The translations under genes and the position numbers were made by a program. Below are positions 13,155 to 23,312 of a stretch of 64,000 nucleotides of DNA, piece after piece. Position 1 is the first letter of the stretch; every line of letters starts with the position of its first letter. The stretch lies in assembly GCA_951406725.2 (NCBI GenBank), contig OX597824.1, positions 75,826,001 through 75,890,000 on the forward strand, read 5' to 3'. The notes below the pieces were generated by a model that saw only the letters and a program-made list of their open reading frames with translations, did no database searches and was not told the DNA's origin. This stretch comes from Octopus vulgaris. Its lineage: Eukaryota.

Positions 13155-13765
13155 TATGAGTATGGAGACTTGTACAGCCACAATTTTTATTTTATAATTT
13201 TATACAACATCTCATAATGACCTACACGTGTCTCTACTGCACAGACAATAATGCAAAGTTGCAGTTACAACCATGAGTAGTTGCTGCAGAAGAGACACGT
13301 GTAGGTCATTATAATCTCTATATGTATAAAGCTGAAGTTGTCTGTGTATGGCAGGTTTGGTAGCCTTCAACTAACACTATCTCCTCCAAGACCCTGCAGT
13401 GCAAGTTGACCAAAATTTAGAGTATGATAGAAGAGGGCTTGCTCTTCCTTCCCTAGAAGAAAATATTCAAATCGGACCATGCTAACACCAAAAATTATTT
13501 ACATCAAAAAGGTGCTTTTTTTTCTATGAAAATCCCTATTTTTTACGATTTTTTTGACGGCTGTGTTGCCATATTTTGGTGTATTTCAACCAGAAAAATG
13601 TTCGCTTAAAGAGAATAACAAGCTTCATAACGCAAAAGTTTTACTTTTCAAAAATTCTAATTCTAAAGGGTCAAAACAAACCCGAGTAACACCGGGCGAT
13701 ACTGCTAGTATGCTGTATAAAACTATAAAATAAATTCTGTGGATGTACAAGTCTCTATACTCTTT
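13155..13765. repeat. Imperfect inverted repeat interrupted by a Helitron
   Basis: gagtatggagacttgtacagccaca...ataatgacctacacgtgtctct (left arm) mirrors agagacacgtgtaggtcattat|Helitron|atgctgtataaaa...tgtggatgtacaagtctctatactc (right arm). Confidence 0.8.
13315..13708 (+). mobile_element. Non-autonomous Helitron
   Basis: A|TCTCTATATGTATAAAG ... CCCGAGTAACACCGGG CGATACTGCTAG|T. Confidence 0.85.
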
Positions 13766-13966
13766 ATCAATAATAATATATACACTGGACAATTTCTACT
13801 ATCCAGCAAAGAGTACATGGAATTACCCATTGGAGGAATCCAAGGAGTGTCTAGCAACAGATACTAGTCACAGACATTAAATAACGATTGAAGTGGTTAG
13901 CTGTTAAATGGAACTTAACTGAGATCTAATACAGAATCCACCCGGATAACATATCCTTCCACTCAC

Positions 13967-14020
<54 letters not shown>

Positions 14021-14179
14021 TTTTTTTTTAATTTTATCCCCCCTTTTTTGTCCTCTTTCTTTCCATTTACGATCCCTTTTGATCGAAAACCAAACCCCTT
14101 CTTTACCCCCAAAAGAAAAGCTCTACCTTGTAATTTTGTCCTGTCTGTGTGCAGCCCTGTGTGGCTAATAAAGAAACAC
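14021..14179 (+). mobile_element. Tx1/L1-like LINE 3' UTR fragment within (TCTA)n
   Basis: Matches 15390-15553, ending gcagccctgtgtggctaataaagaaaca. Confidence 0.8.
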
Positions 14180-14182
14180 ATC

Positions 14183-14246
<64 letters not shown>

Positions 14247-14301
14247 CATCCATCCATTTATCTATCTATCTATCTATCTATCCATCCATCCATCCATCCA
14301 T

Positions 14302-14358
<57 letters not shown>

Positions 14359-14377
14359 CATCATCTATCTATCTATC

Positions 14378-14417
<40 letters not shown>

Positions 14418-15553
14418 CGTCTCCATGACCGAACTGCAGTCGTGGATCAAAAAGAGGCCGAGGAAGGGCGAATGGCACCGCGAGTGTCGCGTTGCTCTCA
14501 AGCAACTCTGCCATCCTGGGTCGACCTTAAGTGACTTCAACACAACCAAAGCATTCTATAGGGGTTTAGTGGAGGGGAGGTACGACGACGAGCTCGGGGC
14601 GAACCTGGACGTAGACGAGGAATACCTGACCTGCCTGTTCAGGACGACTTTCGGGCCAGGGCCCATGGACAACTTCCAGAGATCCCTGGCCTGGCAGTGC
14701 TACCGAGAAGCGCTACCCATTCGGGATAAGCTCTACAGACACGGCTCGAGAAACACGGGGCCGACCTGCCCGAGATGCGGTCAGAGCGACGAAACCGTTC
14801 TGCACGCACTCGTTCAGTGTCCAACAATTTCCGACCTGTGGGCTTATGTCGAACAACTGCTGTCACGTGTGGGACGAGTCGGTTTATCAACTGAGTCTAT
14901 CGTCAATATTGTCACGCCTCCTTCCTTCAAACGGGAAGGAAGAGCTATTTCATCATCCTTGTGGCTATGGCGAAAGAATGTATCTGGTGGACGCGTCTGA
15001 AAGGATTGGAGACAAACACTTTCCTCTCTGGTCAATCTCTCATCAACTTCTTCAAGTACCACTTGAAAAGGAAAGTGAGAGTAGAGAGGCAAGTTTTGTC
15101 TAGCAAATGTTTTAAAAAAAGATGGGTGAATGTAGCAAGAATGGCACGTATGAATGACGAAGCCACCTTGAGCATAATCCTATGAACCCAGAAATTGAAA
15201 ACAGAGAGTTGCTTATTTGCAAAAAAAAAAAAAAAAGAAATATAAAATGTGACTTCATTGACCGAGGTTACCGTGGTCTTTTCCGTAGGCTTTTATTTCC
15301 ACGGGTAAACCTCATCTGTCCTCCCTTTACACTTCATATTGACATTTCTGTGATAACGATCCCTATTGATCATTTTTTTTCCTCTCCCCCTTTTTTTTAA
15401 CCCCCCTTTTTGTCCTCTTTCTCTCCTTTTACGATCCCTTTTGATCGAAACTCCCCCCTTTCTTTTCTTTTTTTTTTTAAACCTTCAAAAGAAAAGCTCT
15501 ACCTTGTAATTTGTTCTATCTGTGTGCAGCCCTGTGTGGCTAATAAAGAAACA
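14418..15553 (+). mobile_element. 5'-truncated Tx1/L1-clade LINE (ORF2 C-terminal zf-RVT region plus 3' UTR)
   Basis: WQCYREALPIRDKLYRHG...CPRCGQSDETVLHALVQCP (CCHC). One frameshift near 14950, then VAMAKECIWWTR...FKKRW to a stop at 15185. AATAAA just before the (TCTA)n flank. Confidence 0.85.
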
Positions 15554-15684
15554 TATCTATCTACTATCTATCTATCTATCTATCTATCTATCCATCCATC
15601 CATTTATCTATCTATCTATCTATCTATCCATCCATCCATTTATCTATCTATCTATATATCTATCTAACTATCTATCTATTTATC

Positions 15685-15748
<64 letters not shown>

Positions 15749-15777
15749 CATCATCTATCTATCAATCATCTATCTAA

Positions 15778-15818
<41 letters not shown>

Positions 15819-16379
15819 CATCCATCCATCCATCCATCCATCCATCCATCCATCCATCCATCCATCTATCTATCTATACATGTATACACACACACACGCA
15901 CACATACATTCCGTCTCTGTCATATGCACACATGCAAACAGGTACAGGCATTCACAGCCACACCCACCCATTCACAAGCTTTTCACCTACTTGACTGAAT
16001 CAAACACCATTCACTAACCTGCTCATTGACTCACATCCTATACATACATCGCTCACATAAACACAAACACACATGCACACAGACACTACCACACACATAC
16101 ACACACACACACTGACCATCTTTGCACTTTCTTGTCCTCAAAGAACCACTTTCTGTTGCTTTCCACTTTTGGTCACTTCAGCAATGTAACTATACAAGTG
16201 CTTCTTGTGATTGTTTTCCTTATTTGGTCTTTTCCTTTTCCCCCTTCCAATGAAGAGCTATGCTCGAAATGTCAACAACTCTCTCTTTTTGCTGAGCATC
16301 AGACTAATACATTCTTTGTGCACATCTTGTTGTTGTTGCTTGTTATTGTTAATTTTATTGTTTGTTTATTTGATTTGAC

Positions 16380-16425
<46 letters not shown>

Positions 16426-16629
16426 AGAGGTATTGGTATCCAGAAGACCCAAGATGGCAGGTACGGCTATGTAAGTACTATGGAAGGACCATAGTTAAAC
16501 TCTCAGTTCGATAATAATATGAGTGAGGAATCCAATGTGGGTCTTGTATGAGCATGTATATATTGAATAAAATGAGACAACAAACCAAGGCAGTGTGGAA
16601 TTTTCAGGACATTTATAATGAGAAAGTTA

Positions 16630-16677
16630 GTCTTACAGTTGTTTCTGAGATATTAGGGATAATCCTTCATCAGAGAC
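16630..16677 (-). ncRNA. Minimal type I hammerhead ribozyme (degenerate copy)
   Basis: GTCT CTGATGA aggattatccctaatatctca GAAAC aact GTA AGAC. Confidence 0.55.
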
Positions 16678-16883
16678 GATGTGAGATGGTTAAATAGAGG
16701 GAAATATTTGAGTTCAATATAGGAAGTTATTTTGAAAAGGATGGAAATAAGAAATATAAAGGGAAATGAGAGAATAAAAGTAAAAATAAAAATATATGTA
16801 TATATATAATTGTTATATATATATAATATATATATATAAGCTGTTATATATATATATATATAGTTGTTATATATATATATATA

Positions 16884-17058
16884 TCTCCTTGTTTCTTTCC
16901 GTGTTTCTTTTCTGTGTATCTTTCTGTTGAAGAGCGTAGGCTCAAAATGTAAAAGACTTGTTTTATTTATATTCCTGAGCGCCATACTAATACAATTGTT
17001 TGTTTGTATTCCACCTGCCTTCGTCTTTTGTTTATTTTCATAAAGCTTCCCGTTATAT
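16884..17058 (+). mobile_element. Short (TA)n-flanked PLE-like repeat with hammerhead-like motif
   Basis: Second copy at 34100-34285; motif TCTTT CTGTTGA AGAGC GTAG GCTC (G/A)AAAT GTA AAAGA. Confidence 0.55.
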
Positions 17059-17323
17059 ATATCTACATCTCCACATTTTCCATTTGTAATGACAAAATAT
17101 GAACTCCTATCAGAATTTACATACCATGGACAAGGGGCATTTCTAGCACTTCTATACATACCACTTTCCTTGGATATGGAACTGCAACTATAACATACTA
17201 AATATATTTTTTTATTTTTGCTTTTATTCTCTTATTTCCCTTTATACTTCTTATTTCCATCCTTTTCCAAAATTACTCCTTATATTGAACTCATATAATT
17301 TTCTTCTTCATATAATTTTCATC

Positions 17324-17371
17324 GTCTCTGATGAAGGGATATCCTTAATATCTTAGAAACAGCTGTAAGAC
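17324..17371 (+). ncRNA. Minimal type I hammerhead ribozyme
   Basis: Stem I GTCT/AGAC, core CTGATGA, stem II GGGATAT/ATATCTT, GAAAC, palindromic stem III AC-AGCT-GT, predicted cleavage after GTA (17367). Confidence 0.7.
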
Positions 17372-17439
17372 TAACTTTCTCTTTATAAATGTTCCATGAA
17401 AATTCCACACAGCTTCGGTTTTGTTGTCTCATTTTATTT

Positions 17440-17442
<3 letters not shown>

Positions 17443-17491
<49 letters not shown>

Positions 17492-17547
17492 TGTATGTAT
17501 ATGTATATATATATACATGTATATGTATATATGTATATGTATATAAA

Positions 17548-17589
<42 letters not shown>

Positions 17590-17653
17590 TTTATATACAT
17601 ATACATATATATATATATACATATGCATGTATATATATATACATATACATACA

Positions 17654-17705
<52 letters not shown>

Positions 17706-17838
17706 TATATAAGTATGCATCTATGTATGTAACAAAGCTGGCATCTGAGCTTGGTGATCCTATCAAACTATGTAGTCCCTGCCAGCATGATAAGTAGATG
17801 ATGATGATGATGATGATGACGACGGTGACGACGACGAC

Positions 17839-17870
<32 letters not shown>

Positions 17871-17950
17871 CGATGGCGGTGACGATGATGGTGATGATGA
17901 TGATGGTGATGGTGATGATATATATATATGTATATATATATATATGTATG
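17443..17950. repeat. (TA)n-rich and (GAT/GAC)n microsatellites
   Basis: Direct repeats. Confidence 0.9.
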
Positions 17951-19139
17951 AATGTAGAGATAATACTGCATCCTGCAGGGCCAACAAACTCATGCTCCTT
18001 TCCAAGCAAACCTGGTGGGGGTTGCTAGCTTAGTTGTTGACACTTCGACAATGCAACAGGTTGTACACAGTTATGTGTTACCAATACCACTAACAGGCAA
18101 CCTGACACATATATATATATATAAATATGTTCACGCAAACGCACACAAGCACACACATAAACACATGCACAAAAAAAAAACAACAACATATATACACAAT
18201 AAAATGTACGCGCATATTCATGGATGCATGTTTGTTTATATGTAATAGATTGTATGTCCATACAAGTGGTTCTATTGAGTTAGATTTTGCAAGTAGTGCT
18301 CAAAAGTTAACTGACAACATGTGCATGTGTGTGTGTGTTTATGTGTGGTAAGTAGCTTGCTTACCAACCACATGGTTCCGGGTTCAGTCCCACTGTGTGG
18401 CACCTTGCGCAAGTGTCTTCTACTATAGCCTCGGGCCGACCACATGACTTAAACAAGTAAAAGAGTAAAGACTAATGAGTGTTTTGGGCTGAAAGCTTAA
18501 ATGGTGCTTAAATGGTTATTTTTTAAAGATGATTTAAAACATTTAAAACTTGTCTACCACCATAGAGAAGAAGGAAGGATTATGTGGATGCAAACTTTAT
18601 CTCATCTTCTCATTATTACTACAGGGTGGATGCAAAAAATTTACCATATATATATACATACAGGCACAGGCATGGCTGTGTGGTAAGAAGCTTGCTTCCC
18701 AACCACAATTACTGATTCACAAGCACTCATAGACAGACTTGTAGACATCTTTTTAAAAAACAAGTCTAGAGTTGTTTGCTGAGAAGAAGCTTCTTTTCAC
18801 TCTCTATAAATTTCTCAGTAACATGCAGAAGTATTTGTTATGGTAGTAGAAACTTTTGCACTTTATTCAAAATTTGGATCATGTGTTTGAAAAATAAAGC
18901 TTGTAAGCCCAGGATCTCGTAAAGCAGATCCTCCTAAAGTGAGGTATTACTGTATACACACACACACACGCACACACACACACGCGCGCGCGCGCACACA
19001 CACACACACACACATAAACACACATACACACACACACACATACACACACAAGCACATACACACACACAATTTTTTTTTAGAATAAGATAAAAACCAAGGC
19101 TGTGAAGATTTTAGAACTTTTACATATATAGATGGACAG

Positions 19140-19795
19140 GAAAACCTGGGACGAGATCTCACCTTTAGGTCTCACTGAGGAAATGACTAGAGACCGAGAC
19201 CTTTGGAAGTATGCTGTGCGTGGGAAGACCCTGGGATGTAGCCAGTCCACTTATGTATACCTTTCTCTACCTGGGATGTAGCCAGTCCACTTATGTATAC
19301 CTTTCCTTCTTGGGACACAAAACTCTACTTGAGAAGACCTGTTGAGGCAAGTGAAAATCGAAATCAAAATCGAAATTGATCAACATCAATGGAAATTGCA
19401 GCTGTGATACCAGTGCCAGTATTACGTAAGAGAACCATCCGAACATGGCCGTTGCCAGCACCACCCTGACTGGCCTCGTGCCGGTGGCATGTAAAAAGCA
19501 CCATCCAATCGTGGCCGTTGCCAGCCTCGCCTGGCCCCCCCGTGCCGTTGGCACGTAAAAAGCACCAGCCAATCATGGCCGTTTGCCAGCCTCGTCTGAC
19601 ACCTGTGCCAGTGGCATGTAAAAGCACCCACTACACTCACGGAGTGGTTGGCATTAGGAAGGGCATCCAGCCGTAGAAACATTGCCAGATCAGACTGGGC
19701 TTGGTGCAGCCTTATGGCTTCCCAGACCCAGTTGAACTGTCCAACCCATGCTAGCATGGAAATCAGATGCTAAATGATGATGATGATGATGATGA
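19140..19795 (+). mobile_element. RTE-clade LINE 3' end (ORF terminus, 3' UTR, (GAT)n tail)
   Basis: RKTWDE...LGLTEEMTRDRDLWKYAVR is the typical RTE C-terminus. 40-bp tandem duplication at 19230-19304; UTR with ~60-bp repeats. Confidence 0.75.
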
Positions 19796-20003
19796 TATAT
19801 ATATATGTATATATATATATACGAGAAAAGAAGCAACAAGAATGGATTAGTTTTTAGTACAATTGTTTCATGTTGCTTCTTTTCTCGTTTATAATCACCC
19901 CACACTACTGTATTGGTTAACACCATATAGTTTTCTGGTGCATCTAAGTTAAGTACCGCATTCAAGTGAATTCATTAGAATCGACTTGAATCTTAATTGC
20001 TTT

Positions 20004-20034
<31 letters not shown>

Positions 20035-20256
20035 TCAATATAGGGTGGCAAAAAAAATTTTTGTAGAATTCTTTTGCCACCAGCGGCCTAGTAGGAAAAA
20101 ATTAAATAGTCATAAACTATTTTTACATTCAACATCACAATCAAGGAACGGCCATAATAGGCCATTCACCCACTAGAAATAACAGCCAAAAGCTTTAACC
20201 GCAAAATAACATTAATTCCGTAAACCAGGAGAAAATTGAAAAACTTTTACCCTGTA

Positions 20257-20363
20257 ATTTCTTAGACGATGCACCGTTTCATCTACCGTTTAATGGTAAA
20301 CTAACCTGATTAAATTAAATCAAGCCAATCCACCATAGGCCCTTAGACTCATCAGTAAGAAAT
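20257..20363 (-). ncRNA. Type I hammerhead ribozyme, extended stem II
   Basis: Reverse complement of 21003-21109. Confidence 0.88.
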
Positions 20364-20747
20364 AGCCAAGTCGGAACAGATATTTTTCACGAGGCATTCC
20401 TCTTGCTACCTCGGCAATATCTGACCTAAAATTTTCAAATCGTCGCACTCGCGCCAAATTTATCGGCAGCAAATAAATATAAGCCACCGATTCCATTACG
20501 GAACTAACCAGAAAATTCATAATTAATCAATATAGGGTGGCAAAAAAATTTTTGTAGAATTCTTTTGCCACCAGCAGCCTAGTAGGAAAAAATTAAATAG
20601 TCATAAACTATTTTTACGTTCAACATCACAATCAAGGAACGGCCATAATAGGCCATTCACCCACTAGAAATAACAGCCAAAAGCTTTAACCGCAAAATAA
20701 CATTAATTCCGTAAACCAGGAGAAAATTGAAAAACTTTTACCCTGTA

Positions 20748-20854
20748 ATTTCTTAGACGATGCACCGTTTCATCTACCGTTTAATGGTAAACTAACCTGA
20801 TTAAATTAAATCAAGCCAATCCACCATAGGCCCTTAGACTCATCAGTAAGAAAT
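20748..20854 (-). ncRNA. Type I hammerhead ribozyme, extended stem II
   Basis: Reverse complement of 21003-21109. Confidence 0.88.
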
Positions 20855-21002
20855 AGCCAAGTCGGAACAGATATTTTTCACGAGGCATTCCTCTTGCTAC
20901 CTCGGCAATATCTGACCTAAAATTTTCAAATCGTCGCACTCGCGCCAAATTTATCGGTAGCAAGAGGAATGCCTCGTGAAAAATATCTGTTCCGACTTGG
21001 CT

Positions 21003-21109
21003 ATTTCTTACTGATGAGTCTAAGGGCCTATGGTGGATTGGCTTGATTTAATTTAATCAGGTTAGTTTACCATTAAACGGTAGATGAAACGGTGCATCGT
21101 CTAAGAAAT
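21003..21109 (+). ncRNA. Type I hammerhead ribozyme, extended stem II
   Basis: Stem I ATTTCTTA/TAAGAAAT; core CTGATGA (21011-21017); stem II GTCTA/TAGAT enclosing a 19-bp hairpin; GAAAC (21086-21090); stem III ACG-GTGCAT-CGT; cleavage triplet GTC, cut after 21101. Confidence 0.9.
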
Positions 21110-21492
21110 TACAGGGTAAAAGTTTTTCAATTTTCTCCTGGTTTACGGAATTAATGTTATTTTGCGGTTAAAGCTTTTGGCTGTTATTTCTAGTGGGTGA
21201 ATGGCCTATTATGGCCGTTCCTTGATTGTGATGTTGAACGTAAAAATAGTTTATGACTATTTAATTTTTCCTACTAGGCCGCTGGTGGCAAAAGAATTCT
21301 ACAAAAATTTTTTTGCCACCCTATATTGATTAATTATGAATTTTCTGGTTAGTTCCGTAATGGAATCGGTGGCTTATATTTATTTGCTGCCGATAAATTT
21401 GGCGCGAGTGCGACGATTTGAAAATTTTAGGTCAGATATTGCCGAGGTAGCAAGAGGAATACCTCGTGAAAAATATCTGTTCCGACTTGGCT

Positions 21493-21599
21493 ATTTCTTA
21501 CTGATGAGTCTAAGGGCCTATGGTGGATTGGCTTGATTTAATTTAATCAGGTTAGTTTACCATTAAACGGTAGATGAAACGGTGCATCGTCTAAGAAAT
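21493..21599 (+). ncRNA. Type I hammerhead ribozyme, extended stem II
   Basis: Identical to 21003-21109, 490 nt downstream; predicted cut after 21591. Confidence 0.9.
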
Positions 21600-21717
21600 T
21601 ACAGGGTAAAAGTTTTTCAATTTTCTCCTGGTTTACGGAATTAATGTTATTTTGCGGTTAAAGCTTTTGGCTGTTATTTCTAGTGGGTGAATGGCCTATT
21701 ATGGCCGTTCCTTGATT

Positions 21718-21843
<126 letters not shown>

Positions 21844-22519
21844 TACATATATATATATCAATTAAGTAACAAGGGTGTCCAGGTATCAGTACATTATGCC
21901 TCTTTCAAGCAGCTCTATTTAATCGATGAATGAAAACATTACATCAATTTGAAATAAACCTCTCTCCTTGGGTGCAGACGACTATATAGATTGCCAACAT
22001 ACAGGATACTCCATTACAATTTTTTAGCAAATTTTTCATCAGCACTAAAGACTAAAATAATTACATTGCTTCTCTTTGCCATTTTGGTGGCAGAATGAAT
22101 TTAAGGAAAAAAATACTTAAAGCTTACTTTAATTAAGAGTGGCAGAAGAAAATAATGGGTGTCAAGATAGAGGAATGCTGATATAGCTACGTTCATCTTT
22201 ATCCTTATCATTTTTCAAAAGACTCAAAGCAGCATGTAGTCTAAACTCTTTGGAATTAAACCCATTGGAAATTGACAGTTAAGTTTTTGTTGGTGGTGAT
22301 AAATTAATTAATGTCAGATACTCACCCCTACCCCTATTTTACAGGAACCATAAAAGCAACCAGTTCTACATAAAAGAATATGTCTCAGACATTGCTAGTA
22401 ACATAATGATATATAGAGAAGGGGTGATAACCAGAAAGAGGAAAGATGGCAGTGACTTAACATATTATGATTATAAAATAAAAGGGGCCTAAAGTTGAAA
22501 ACAAAAGAGGTCACAATAA

Positions 22520-22753
22520 GGCGGCAAGCTGGCAGAAACTTTAGCACGCCAGGCGAAATGCTTAGCGGAATTTCGTCTCCTGCTACGTTCTGAGTTCAAA
22601 TTCTGCTGAGGTCGACTTTGCCTTTCATCCTTTCAGGGTTGATTAAATAAGTACCAGTTACGCACTGGGGTCGATATAATCGACTTAATCCGTTTGTATG
22701 TCCTTGTTTGTCCTCTCTGTGTTTAGCCCCTTGTGGGTAGTAAAGAAAAAGAA
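22520..22753 (+). mobile_element. Full-length SINE family A with TSD
   Basis: Flanked by direct repeat aaaagaggtcacaataag (22503-22520, 22754-22771); A and B boxes present. Confidence 0.9.
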
Positions 22754-23235
22754 AAAAGAGGTCACAATAAGATCTAAGTGTGGGAATTTAAAGTATGGGA
22801 AAAGATGTGTATCCAAACTTTGCAAAATTTATGTATTAAAAAATTAAAATTTTAAAAAGGATTTAAGAACCTAGTAAGAGAAGAAGGATAGATAAATCAA
22901 CCTAAGCCATAAAAGTGAGGGACTTTTATATATATTAGAAACCTCATAATGTTTCTTCCTAGCATACTGCTAAGGTAGTCATGCTAAAATTATTCAATAA
23001 TGAACCTATAATTAAATTCAGATATCATCTAAGTAGGAGTACACATTTCTTACTGAATCAAAACCATAGATTAAGGGCTAAAAATAGAAGATAAATATTT
23101 CTATATCAGGTAAAATTATTTAAAAACTTTAGAAAAAATATATTCATATAATAAAAATTACCAATATTATGAAAAAATTTAAAAGGATATAAAAAGGTAT
23201 AAAAATACCACATATATTTGCATAAAAATATTATA

Positions 23236-23293
<58 letters not shown>

Positions 23294-23312
23294 GAAATAT
23301 ATAGTGCAATTA

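Larger units (their letters stand above)
16561..17442. mobile_element. Inverted pair of Penelope pLTR-like segments (16561-16795 and ~17205-17442)
   Basis: Arms are diverged reverse complements, each with a minimal hammerhead; (TA)n flanks. Confidence 0.7.

Noticed and set aside
738-19162. Many homopolymer or dipeptide ORFs (poly-Y, I, N, IY, IYLS)
   Set aside because: Translations of microsatellites; no splice or domain support.
20320-21536. 66-aa ORF MNFLVSSVMES... repeated in the 490-bp unit
   Set aside because: Short, no recognisable motif, overlaps the ribozyme core, and duplicated only because the unit is duplicated.
21965-22050. Minus-strand GTG-CTGATGA...GTC hammerhead-like words
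   Set aside because: No GAAA at the right position and no convincing stem I/III pairing; at most a decayed relic.
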